Both the position numbers and the translations under genes were made by a program. The notes under the pieces are model-generated. The model was not told where the DNA came from and ran no database searches. It saw only the letters and a list, made by a program, of their open reading frames with translations. A stretch of DNA of 64,000 nucleotides, taken from Phycisphaerae bacterium (GTDB lineage Bacteria; Planctomycetota; Phycisphaerae; UBA1845). Shown in pieces: positions 9,625 through 18,267 of the stretch (position 1 is the stretch's first letter; every line of letters starts with the position of its first letter). The stretch covers positions 1,888,001-1,952,000 of the forward strand of contig CAXXGO010000001.1 of NCBI GenBank assembly GCA_963666835.2, read 5' to 3'.

Positions 9625-10023
9625 ATGGCTGAGCGAATGCCTCATGTAACGGCCGCAGAGCTGCGGATCATGAAGGTGCTGTGGCAGTTCGGGTCGGGGA
9701 CTGTCCGGCAGGTACTCGAGGTTCTGTCGGCTGAGAAGGGTGATCCCCCGGCGTACACGACGGTGATGACCATGATGAAGCAGCTTGCGGAAAAGGGGGC
9801 TCTCAAGGTTGATCGGGCGCGCCAGCCATACTTGTACACGCCGTTGATCCGCCGCGAGAACGTGCTCGGTGAGCGGGTGGCCCAGTTTGTTCAGACGGTC
9901 TTTGATGGGCAGGCGGCGGACCTCGTGTTGCACCTGGCGGAGGAGGCCCCGCTTTCTATGGAGGACCTCCGGCGGATCGAGGCCAAGATCAGGCAACGCG
10001 AACAGGCGGAGGGCGAAGCGTAG
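9625..10023 (+). CDS. BlaI/MecI/CopY family transcriptional repressor
   Basis: TAAELRIMKVLW, AYTTVMTMMKQLAEKG, VFDG. RBS GGGAGG. Confidence 0.92.
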   Translation: MAERMPHVTAAELRIMKVLWQFGSGTVRQVLEVLSAEKGDPPAYTTVMTMMKQLAEKGALKVDRARQPYLYTPLIRRENVLGERVAQFVQTVFDGQAADLVLHLAEEAPLSMEDLRRIEAKIRQREQAEGEA

Positions 10024-10064
10024 CCCTCTGATCCTCGATGAACGGATTCTGAAGAGGAGACGTT

Positions 10065-11855
10065 ATGGACACTCCACTGGCTATGCCGGGTGATCCGGCA
10101 ACCGTGATCTTGGTCTGGATAGCGCACGGTTTGGTCCTGGGAACCGTTCTGGCCGGTTTCACCTGGTTGTCACTTCGAATCCTTCGGAATCGAGTTCGGC
10201 CTGCTCTGGAGATGGTGCTCTGGCTGGTGGTGCTGTTGAAGTTCCTGGTGCCGGCCGGGCCGATCTGCTCGACGGTACTCAGTGCTTTCGTCACGCAACC
10301 TGTACGCGACGCGGCGGCGGACTTCTGTCTTACTGAAGCGGCCCGCGAGGGAGTCGGGGAGACCGGGGCGATGAGCGGCTCGGTAATAGCGACGCCGCCG
10401 CGGCACCGCGAGGCTCGTAAGAAAGGTCTCGCGTCAGCTTTGGGGTTTTACGGGCGACAGATTGTCGCGTTGTATTCCGTAGCGTTTACCGCTTTGGTGC
10501 TCCTTCGGCTCTGGACGCACCACCGGTTTGCCGCCCGCTGCCGACTGCTCCCGCAGGCCGATGAGCGGACCGGCAAGCTGGTTTCAGATGTGTGCCGGCG
10601 GCTTGGAATGCGCCGGATTCCCTCTATTCGGATCGGTGAAGATCTCCCGGCGCCCTTCGTGATGGGGATCCTTCACCCGATGCTCGTTCTGACGCGTCGT
10701 CAACTCGTTCGGCCGGACGAATTGGAGACGGTGGTCGCGCACGAACTTGCTCATTTCCGGCGGGGCGACTTTTTTGTGCGTTATTTTCAATGGTTTGCCG
10801 GATCCGTGTTGTTCTTCTGGCCGGTCATTGCTTGGGTCAATCGGCGTCTTGACGCGGCCCGCGAGTGTGCTTGCGACGAATGGGCCCTTCGTTGCGGCAA
10901 ACTCACGGCGCCTCAGTATGCCAGGTGCCTGTTGCAGGCGGCGAGTCCGCGGCGTTTGCGCGGCATAGCCTACTGCCCGCAGAGCATGGCCGGCAACTTG
11001 ACTGTGATCGAAAGGAGAATCGATATGATTCTGGAGAAGCAGGGATGCCAATCTCCACGATACCGTTGGGGCCTTCTGACTCTGGCGGTACTTGCGGCTT
11101 GGAGTGGTCTCGCCCTTACCGGGGCCGCAGATGTTGAATCCGCCGCTTATTCACCTGGTGGTGTTCGACCGGCGACGGTTGAGGCGGTGACTGATCATGC
11201 CGTCGAGTTGTACGAGCTGGTCTCCGAGCGGGGGCCGGCGGATTTCGATGGTGACGGAACTGTGACATACCTGGAGAAGGACGTCTATCTGGTGGCGGTG
11301 GCCATGGGGTTGCAGGAGGCGTTCATGGACCAGTACCCGTTTGCGGATCGTAACCACAGTGGGATTCTGGATTTCCTCGAGGCGTACGGGGTGATCCGGG
11401 GGATCACGCGAATAGCGTATCTCGATCGGGTGATCGGAGCAGAAATGGAATCTGTGGCGGAGCCGGAGACTGACGCCGGACGAGAGGCGCTCCGGGCTAT
11501 CGAAGCCAAGTACGCTCCCGATGCCCTGGCACTTCTGCATGAGTCGCTTGAGGCCCAGCGTTGGTTGCTGGATAACCTGGAATCCGAGCCGAGCCGAGCG
11601 GACCTCGACAACATCTGGTCGGTGCTTCGCCGAGTCTCCGGCTCACCGGAGTCTTATAGTCAGCGGATGTTGAATCACGGCGCTCCGCCGAGCGAACGGA
11701 AATGTGGAGAAGGAGGCCGGTTCCAGGAGATTGAGGGTAGCATCGCCCAGATTGAGGCTCAGCTTGCCGTTGAGGGAGACCCGGCGCACGTGGCGAAGCT
11801 CAAAACGAAGCTAACCAAGCTGGAGACGATTCTGGCAGATCTGCGGAGCCGTTGA
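10065..11855 (+). CDS. M56-family (BlaR1-like) metallopeptidase/signal transducer with EF-hand-like C-terminal domain
   Basis: N-terminal TMs, PFVMG, HELAH zinc motif, FFWP, RECACD, YARCLL, IERRI; loops DFDGDGTVTYLE and DRNHSGILDFLE. Confidence 0.88.
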   Translation: MDTPLAMPGDPATVILVWIAHGLVLGTVLAGFTWLSLRILRNRVRPALEMVLWLVVLLKFLVPAGPICSTVLSAFVTQPVRDAAADFCLTEAAREGVGETGAMSGSVIATPPRHREARKKGLASALGFYGRQIVALYSVAFTALVLLRLWTHHRFAARCRLLPQADERTGKLVSDVCRRLGMRRIPSIRIGEDLPAPFVMGILHPMLVLTRRQLVRPDELETVVAHELAHFRRGDFFVRYFQWFAGSVLFFWPVIAWVNRRLDAARECACDEWALRCGKLTAPQYARCLLQAASPRRLRGIAYCPQSMAGNLTVIERRIDMILEKQGCQSPRYRWGLLTLAVLAAWSGLALTGAADVESAAYSPGGVRPATVEAVTDHAVELYELVSERGPADFDGDGTVTYLEKDVYLVAVAMGLQEAFMDQYPFADRNHSGILDFLEAYGVIRGITRIAYLDRVIGAEMESVAEPETDAGREALRAIEAKYAPDALALLHESLEAQRWLLDNLESEPSRADLDNIWSVLRRVSGSPESYSQRMLNHGAPPSERKCGEGGRFQEIEGSIAQIEAQLAVEGDPAHVAKLKTKLTKLETILADLRSR

Positions 11856-11933
11856 GCCAGGCAGTTCTTTACCAGTTCGGAGCTGGGGTGCCCAGGCCGG
11901 CATTGCTCCGGTTAGGTACGGACAGACCCTAAC

Positions 11934-11972
11934 CGCCCCGCGCAGCTACCGCCGCTGTGCGGGGCGTGTTTC
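11934..11972 (+). terminator. putative intrinsic terminator
   Basis: CGCCCCGCGCAGC-N7-GCTGTGCGGGGCG followed by TGTTTC. Confidence 0.5.
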
Positions 11973-12103
11973 AGGCAGATCCGCTACGCGGCAGGTCGCG
12001 GACGATCTTTTGTGATTTGACGATGCCCCCGGGTCAGCCCTAGTATTGTCGCTGTGAACACGACCCCGCATGTGGTGTGCGGGTTGAAGAAAGAGGGTTT
12101 GCG

Positions 12104-13591
12104 GTGGCTGAAGAACTTGCCCGGCAGGTTCGGTCGTTTCGGGGGCGGCGGGTGTTGCTTGTGGGGGATCTGATCCTCGATCGGTACCTGTACGGAGACG
12201 CCGAGCGGATTAGTCCGGAGGCTCCGGTTCCCGTATTGCGCACGGTAGAAACGCGAGAGGCTGTCGGCGGCAGCGCCAATGTGGCGGCGTGCCTGCAGGC
12301 TCTTGGCTGTGAAGTGGTCGTGTGCGGCACGATCGGCCAGGACCAGCACGGGGAGACGCTCAGTTGCCTTCTTGACGAGCTGAGGGTGAACACTGCGGGC
12401 GTGCTTTCCCTGGCAAACCGACCCACGACCACCAAGACCCGGTTGGTCGGGTTGGCACAGCATCGCCACCGGCAGCAACTGCTGCGCGTGGACGAAGAGG
12501 AAACCGGTCCGCTTCCGGAAGAGTCGTCGGCGCGGCTGGCGGGGCTCGCGTGTGATTTGGTGGGCGATGCCGATGTTGTGTGCCTTGAGGATTACGACAA
12601 GGGCGTCATCTCGGATTCCCTGGTGTCGATGATTGTGGAGGAGGCGCGTCGCCACGGATGCCGCGTTCTGGTGGATCCGGCACGCTTGCGCTCGTACGAT
12701 CGCTACCGCGGGACGGACATTCTCACGCCGAACCGGGACGAACTGTCGATTGCCGCCGGTGCTAAGCTCACCACCCTTGATGAGGTTGCGAAAGCGGCGA
12801 CGGCCGTGGTGGATTCGTGCAACGTCGGGGCGATCGTGGCGACGCTCGACCGGGAGGGCGCTTTGGTGGTTGAACGGGGGAGCGTTTGGCATCATCTGCC
12901 GACGGTGCCTCGAAGCGTTTACGACAACACTGGGGCGGGTGATGCCGTTCTGGCGATGCTTGCCGCGGCGGTGGCTGGCGGGGCCGACCTGAAAGCCGCA
13001 GCGCGGCTGGCCAACATTGCGGGAGGCCTCGAGGTCGAGAAGTTCGGGTGTGTGCCTATCACGGCGGACGAAGTGCTGGCGGAGCTGCGGCTCGAGGACC
13101 GAAATCACAATGGCAAGCTCCGATCGGTTGAGGAGCTGGTGGCTGAGCTGACCCTGCGGCGCGATCGCGGCGAGAATGTGGTGTTCACTAACGGGTGTTT
13201 CGACATTCTTCACGCCGGTCATGTGGATTTGTTGAAGCGTTGTCGGCGGGAGGGGGCGCTGCTGGTTGTCGGGCTCAATACGGATGGATCGATCCGCTCG
13301 CTCGATAAGGGATCGGATCGACCCGTTTGCGGGTTTGCCGACCGGGCTGCGGTCCTCGGTGCTTTGGAGTGTGTGGATTACGTGGTGGGTTTTGAGGAGT
13401 CCACGCCCGAGGCGCTGATTCGCAAGATCCGTCCGGATGTGCTGGTCAAGGGGCAAGACTGGGCGGGCAAGACCGTGGTGGGGCAGGAATTCGTGGAGTC
13501 GACCGGCGGGAAGGTTGTTTTACTTCCGTTGGTCGAAGGGCTGAGTACGACGAACTTGATCGAACGCATCCGAAGCGGAAGGCAGAGTTAG
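12104..13591 (+). CDS. hldE: bifunctional heptose-7-phosphate kinase / heptose-1-phosphate adenylyltransferase
   Basis: GDLILDRY, RISPEAPVPV, DYDKG, TPNRDE, DNTGAGD; C-domain FTNGCFDILHAGH, LVKGQDW, STTNLI. Confidence 0.93.
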   Translation: MAEELARQVRSFRGRRVLLVGDLILDRYLYGDAERISPEAPVPVLRTVETREAVGGSANVAACLQALGCEVVVCGTIGQDQHGETLSCLLDELRVNTAGVLSLANRPTTTKTRLVGLAQHRHRQQLLRVDEEETGPLPEESSARLAGLACDLVGDADVVCLEDYDKGVISDSLVSMIVEEARRHGCRVLVDPARLRSYDRYRGTDILTPNRDELSIAAGAKLTTLDEVAKAATAVVDSCNVGAIVATLDREGALVVERGSVWHHLPTVPRSVYDNTGAGDAVLAMLAAAVAGGADLKAAARLANIAGGLEVEKFGCVPITADEVLAELRLEDRNHNGKLRSVEELVAELTLRRDRGENVVFTNGCFDILHAGHVDLLKRCRREGALLVVGLNTDGSIRSLDKGSDRPVCGFADRAAVLGALECVDYVVGFEESTPEALIRKIRPDVLVKGQDWAGKTVVGQEFVESTGGKVVLLPLVEGLSTTNLIERIRSGRQS

Positions 13592-14157
13592 TGGCCGACA
13601 GTTTTGCAGGTCAGTTCGATGAGCACCAGCGCGTTGTGGATGCCGCCAAGGCCCACGCGGGACTTCTCGAGAGAGTTGCAGATCTCATTACGAGTTGTTT
13701 CAAAGAGGGGGGGCGTCTGTACGTGCTGGGTAATGGTGGGAGCGCGGCCGATGCTCAGCACATCGCCGCGGAACTCGTCGGTCGGTTCAAGCACGATCGG
13801 CAGGCGCTGCCGGCCGTGGCATTGACGACGGACACATCGATCCTCACGGCGGTCAGCAACGATTACGGAGGCGAGGTGTGCTTCCAGCGGCAGGTCGAGG
13901 CGCTGGTTACCAGTAATGACATCGTGTGGGCATTGAGTGTCTCCGGGACGTCGCCCAACGTGGTTAGAGCTCTGGAGAGCGCCAAGAAGATCGGAGCTTC
14001 ATTGATAGGTTTTACCGGGCAGTCCGGCGGCAGGTTCGAAGATATCTGCGACGTGTGTTTCCGCGTGGATCACGAGGACAGCGACCGGGTTCAGGAGGTA
14101 CATGGGCTTGCGTATCACCTGGTTTGCGGCCGGGTCGAGAGTCGTTTTCTGAAATAG
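13591..14157 (+). CDS. gmhA: D-sedoheptulose-7-phosphate isomerase
   Basis: GNGGSAADAQHIAAEL, TTDTS, NDYG, SVSGTSPN, RVQEVH; overlaps the hldE stop. Confidence 0.92.
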   Translation: MADSFAGQFDEHQRVVDAAKAHAGLLERVADLITSCFKEGGRLYVLGNGGSAADAQHIAAELVGRFKHDRQALPAVALTTDTSILTAVSNDYGGEVCFQRQVEALVTSNDIVWALSVSGTSPNVVRALESAKKIGASLIGFTGQSGGRFEDICDVCFRVDHEDSDRVQEVHGLAYHLVCGRVESRFLK

Positions 14158-14184
14158 CAGCTTGCTTGCGGAAAGGTAGCTGGC

Positions 14185-15111
14185 ATGAACATACTCATAA
14201 CCGGTTCGAGCGGGCAGATCGGTACTAACACGGCTTTGGCATTGCTGGAGCGCGGCGACACGGTTGTCGGAGTGGATTGCCGAGAGAACACCTGGGTCGA
14301 CCGGTTCGAGACGATCAAGCTCAATCTGATCGACGGGGCGCCCGCTGGACTACCCGACGGAAGCCGGTTCGACGCGGTTCTTCATCTGGCGGCGAATGCG
14401 AAGGTCTTCGAATTGGTCGAGCATCCCGAGCGGGCCATGGACAACATCAAGAGCCTCTTCGGTGTGCTAGAGTACTGCCGGCTCAACAAGCTGCCGATCA
14501 TCTTCGCCAGCTCGCGCGAAGTGTACGGCGATATTCACCGCCACGTGACCGACGAAGCATCTGCGGATTTCGTCGTGGCTGAGAGCCCGTATAGTGCCAG
14601 CAAGATCGCCGGGGAGGCGCTCATTTACTCGTATGCTCAATGCTATGGGCTGCCGTTCTTGGTCTTTCGATTCAGCAACGTGTACGGCCGGTACGACAAC
14701 GACATCGAGCGGCTCGAGCGCGTGATCCCGCTGTTCATCGATCGTATCGCCCGCGAGCGGCCCATAGTAGTGTACGGGAAGGAGAAGGTGCTGGATTTCA
14801 CGTACGTGGACGATGCGGTGGCAGGGGTCCTGGCCGGAATAGACGCCCTCGTCTCCGGGCGAGTCGTGGGTCAGACGGTCAACTTAGCGTGCGGGCAGGG
14901 CAGCACCCTGGTTGATGTGGTCAACATAGTTTCATTGGCTTTGCAGAAGAAGCCGCGGGTGACCTACGAACCGTCGCGGGCGGGTGAAGTCACTCGGTAC
15001 GTCGCGGACATTACCAAGGCTCGTGAGCTGCTGGCGTACGAACCGCAAGTCCCATTCAGCACCGGTCTCATTCTAGCCGTGGAGTGGGGGGCGAAGTCAA
15101 ATCGCAAGTGA
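14185..15111 (+). CDS. NAD-dependent epimerase/dehydratase
   Basis: TGSSGQIG, HLAA, ASSREVYG, YSASK, DFTYVDD. Confidence 0.9.
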   Translation: MNILITGSSGQIGTNTALALLERGDTVVGVDCRENTWVDRFETIKLNLIDGAPAGLPDGSRFDAVLHLAANAKVFELVEHPERAMDNIKSLFGVLEYCRLNKLPIIFASSREVYGDIHRHVTDEASADFVVAESPYSASKIAGEALIYSYAQCYGLPFLVFRFSNVYGRYDNDIERLERVIPLFIDRIARERPIVVYGKEKVLDFTYVDDAVAGVLAGIDALVSGRVVGQTVNLACGQGSTLVDVVNIVSLALQKKPRVTYEPSRAGEVTRYVADITKARELLAYEPQVPFSTGLILAVEWGAKSNRK

Positions 15112-15151
15112 ACCCCCCCCCCTTTCGGCGCAGCGATGTGCTGTGGAAAGG

Positions 15152-15913
15152 TCACTCGTTCCGCGATTCGCGTACTCGGATCAGTACGTCATCGGGGTCG
15201 ATCCGATCCTGAATGCGGCTGGAGATGTACTTCCAGACGATCCTGCCTTGCCGGTCGATCAGCACGTGTGCGGGAATGGCGATGTCGCTGTCGTCCAGGG
15301 CGCCGCCTTTGTGTAACAGGCCGAACGCCCGGATGACTTCACGCTCGGTATCACAAATAACGGAGAAGTTCAGGTTGTTGCGCTCGACCATGCGGCGGGC
15401 GTCGGACGGGGCATCCGCGGCAATGGCCAACAACCTGCCACCCTGAGATCGCAGTTCCTCAGCTACGGCTCCGAGACCTCGGAGTTCAGCTACGCACCAG
15501 GGTCACCAATGCCCGCGATAGAATACCAGCAAGACCGGACCACGCGCATGCGCTTCTCGGAGCGAAATCGGAGTACCCGTATGATCCGCAACGGTGAAGT
15601 CAGGGGCAGTTTCCACCGTGACAGCAGCGGAAGGGGCCGGAAGGGACGCGCCGATATAGAACGCATATACGAAGGCGGCCAGCAGAGCCAAGTTAAACGC
15701 GCCGAGAATGCGAACCGCGGTTCGACGATCGCGCCACAACGCCGACAGAGTGAGTACTCCGCCGGCCGCCATTATACCTACGGCCACAGCGCCGCTTGAA
15801 CGCATCGCAGGGTTATCGATAAGCAGAGCGTATGCCAGGGGGCCGGCAAACATCAAACCCAGCCCGGCCACCACTGACCCCGTTGCGTGCACCTCGTCCG
15901 GTGGTTTGTCCAT
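15152..15913 (-). CDS. membrane-anchored AhpC/TSA peroxiredoxin-like selenoprotein (UxxC; Sec TGA at 15503-15505)
   Basis: ORFs 15503..15940 and 15152..15433 are in one frame and separated only by a TGA: APDFTV..GPVLLVFYRGHW-U-PWCVAELRGL..LAIAAD..FSVICD..PAHVLIDRQGRIVW. Three N-terminal TM helices; SECIS-like hairpin after the TGA. Start 15913 follows GGAGAG (15940 is an alternative). Confidence 0.88.
15460..15492 (-). promoter_or_regulatory. bacterial SECIS element candidate
   Basis: mRNA UGA-N10-UAGCU-gaa-CUCCGA-GGUC-UCGGAG-ccgu-AGCUG; the apical loop starts 25 nt after the UGA. Confidence 0.78.
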
Positions 15914-15949
15914 CGTGAAGCTCTCCAGTTCGAAGCCCATGCGCGACCG

Positions 15950-17027
15950 CTATGCTTCGGGGGCGACCGCGGGGCGTTGCCATTCCGTCGCCGACGCACA
16001 CTTGGCGAGTTGGCAGGCCAAGTGAATCGCTTCTTTCATGCTCCCGGCGTCCGCCGCGTCGGTTCCGGCAATGTCGAAGGCGGTGCCGTGATCGACGCTC
16101 GTACGAATGATGGGCAGACCCAGGGTGACGTTTACCGCAGTGTCAAACGCGAGCATTTTGACCGGGATCAAGGCCTGGTCCATGGTACATTGCCACGATG
16201 CCATCGAACCGAGAGCGCATCCGCGGTGTGAACAGAGTGTCCGCGGGGAACGGTCCGTCGACGTCTATGCCCGCGTTGCGGGCCATCTGCATGGCGGGTC
16301 GAATCACCCGTTCTTCTTCGTCACCGAATTGCTGATCCTCACCCGCGTGAGGGTTCAACGCCGCTACCGCTATGCGGGGATCGGTTATTCCAAACCACTT
16401 CGTTAAGGCAGTGTGGAGCAGGTCGATAGGCTGAAACACGAGCCCGATAGTGAACTTGTTGCGGAGTTCGAAAAGCCCCAAGTGAGTGCTGGCAAGGGCG
16501 ACTCGCAGCCCGCCTCCGACGAAGGCCATCGTTACCCGCTTAGCCTTGAAGGCGTCGGCAAGCTTGTCAGTATGTCCGGCAAACCGGCAGCCGGCGAGCT
16601 TCCAACTGACCTTCTGGATTGGGGCGGTAACTATGGCGTCGATCGCGCCGTCTCGGGCGGCTTCGATGGCGTCATCGAAGAACCGCAGGCTGGCGTGTCC
16701 TCCTTCTGCGGTAGGCCGGGCGACCACCCAGCTCCCCGCCTTGTATTCGTCGTAATTACGAACGACGACGCCGGAGTCGATCCGCATCGGTTCATCCGGG
16801 CGGATCGTGAACCAGAACGGCCGAATCGCTGCGGTGTCCGCCGCCGCCGTTAGCACGTCGTCGACACCGTAAATGACGAATCTGCCCAGCGCGCGGATGT
16901 CGGGATCGGCCAGGGCCTTGACAATCACCTCGGCCCCAATGCCGGCCGGGTCGCCCATTGTGATTCCGACGAGCGGCAGCCTGGCGTCGGGGAGTCTCTG
17001 GTTGTGCGTCATGAAGTCGGCCGTCAT
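15950..17027 (-). pseudogene. pdxA: 4-hydroxythreonine-4-phosphate dehydrogenase, +1 frameshift near 16180 (pseudogene or sequence error)
   Basis: ITMGDPAGIG, TAPI, GHT, LNPHAGE, PADT, AMYH. Removing one G from CATGGACCAG restores [32 protein letters not shown]. Confidence 0.85.
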
Positions 17028-17668
17028 GCGAATCCTGATTCCCGCAAGGTCTCGAACGACAGAGACTTCCCCGGCGATACGTTAGAAAGCCGGTGCATGA
17101 TCGTACGCACGATCAGGTCCGACTCGATGTTCACCTTATCTCCCGTCCGCAGCGTTTCCATAGTAGTCTCGTTCAAAGTTGTCGGGATGAGTGCCACCGA
17201 GAACTCGCCGTTTCCGACGTGGGCGATGGTTAACGAGACCCCGTCAATCGCGACCGAGCCCTTCGGGACGAGCAGGGGCAACAAGTGCGGTTGGGGTCTG
17301 ACCCAGCAGACCCACTCGCGCGCGGTTGATTGGATGCGGGCGATCGTGCCGCTTCCGTCGACGTGCCCTTGCACGAAGTGACCGTCCAGCCGCCCGTCCG
17401 CGCGCAACGCCCGTTCGATGTTCACGCGGCTGCCCAGCGGTTTCGTTCCCAGAGTGCTCGTGTCCAAGGTCTGCGAGACTACGTCGAATTCGACAGAGTC
17501 GGCAGCGACGTTCGAGACGGTCAGGCAAACGCCGTGTACTGCGATGCTCGCCCCGAGGGAGGTTTCGGCCGCAATGACCGAGCCCACTGCGACGCGCAAG
17601 CGACGTCCTCCCGGCACAGCCGAGCTGCCGGTGATGGTGCCGATAGTCTCAATGATACCTGTAAACAT
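17024..17668 (-). CDS. ribE: riboflavin synthase alpha chain
   Basis: MFTGIIE, GASIAVHGVCLTV, GHFVQGHVD, KGSVAIDGVSLT, VNIESD; ATGA overlap with pdxA. Confidence 0.95.
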   Translation of the reverse strand: MFTGIIETIGTITGSSAVPGGRRLRVAVGSVIAAETSLGASIAVHGVCLTVSNVAADSVEFDVVSQTLDTSTLGTKPLGSRVNIERALRADGRLDGHFVQGHVDGSGTIARIQSTAREWVCWVRPQPHLLPLLVPKGSVAIDGVSLTIAHVGNGEFSVALIPTTLNETTMETLRTGDKVNIESDLIVRTIMHRLSNVSPGKSLSFETLRESGFA

Positions 17669-17698
17669 GGACTCTGTGTCCTTACTGCCGGATGAACG

Positions 17699-17763
17699 CT
17701 CCGTGCCCCATCCTCTCGGAGGGCAGGAGAACCTACTGACGGTTATCCTTCGGCGAAACGGAG
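17699..17763 (-). ncRNA. candidate structured 5'-leader RNA of ribE (not an FMN riboswitch)
   Basis: Hand-folded three-way junction closed by CUCCG/CGGAG, with two internal hairpins, one GAGA-capped. Confidence 0.3.
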
Positions 17764-17829
17764 TCTCCGACCACTCTGCTGAACCGAGCGCTTTTCCAAC
17801 TGCCGATGACCGACGGACTGGCCAGCGGG

Positions 17830-17861
17830 TCAGATGCTACGATGGCGCCATCTGATGTCAA
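17830..17861 (-). promoter_or_regulatory. sigma70-type promoter of ribE-pdxA with palindromic spacer
   Basis: TTGACA-N16-TAGCAT; GATGGCGCCATC palindrome (17841-17852); TCAGATG-N12-CATCTGA inverted repeat. Confidence 0.5.
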
Positions 17862-17932
17862 GAAAGTCACAGGACCGGGCAGGCAGGCTCTGTCCGCGGA
17901 CGGACGAGTGCGGGGGGAGTAGATTCAGGACC

Positions 17933-18172
17933 TCAAAGGTCCAGCAGAGCATTGATCAGCTCTTCGTCCTCGATACCGAGATCGCGGAACTCCTGACGTT
18001 TCCCATCCTCGCTAAGGTCGGCATCCTCGGCTATGTTGGTCAGATCCTCCACAGAGAAGAGCTGGCCGTCCGTGCCGACAAGGCGGTTGGAGAACTCGAC
18101 ATCGATGAGGCTTCCACATCCGGCGAGGGCGGCCGTCGCCACCGCGGCCGACCATATTGCAGCGTGTTTCAT
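17933..18172 (-). CDS. small acidic lipoprotein, hypothetical
   Basis: MKHAAIWSAAVATAALAG-C lipobox; RBS GAGGG; hidden at the end of the artefactual 554-aa ORF. Confidence 0.75.
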   Translation of the reverse strand: MKHAAIWSAAVATAALAGCGSLIDVEFSNRLVGTDGQLFSVEDLTNIAEDADLSEDGKRQEFRDLGIEDEELINALLDL

Positions 18173-18267
18173 AGTCAAGTCCCTCAGACGACGTTGGGTC
18201 GTACAGGTTCCACACTTCACGTATTCTACGCGAGCCGAAGCGGCACGCAATCGGGGGGATCGGCCGG

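Noticed and set aside
11984..13456. Long antisense ORFs (this 490-aa one and many similar)
   Set aside because: Shadow frames of high-GC genes with no motifs; the opposite strand carries clear families.
15113..15122. C10 run as a phase-variation tract
   Set aside because: It lies after a stop codon between convergent genes, so length changes would affect neither a reading frame nor a promoter.
17669..17830. FMN, glycine or glutamine riboswitch, or hammerhead ribozyme
   Set aside because: Only fragments match (GGAGA..CCGAAGG, CGUUCAUC, CUGAC..GAAAC); the required stems and conserved segments are missing or out of order.
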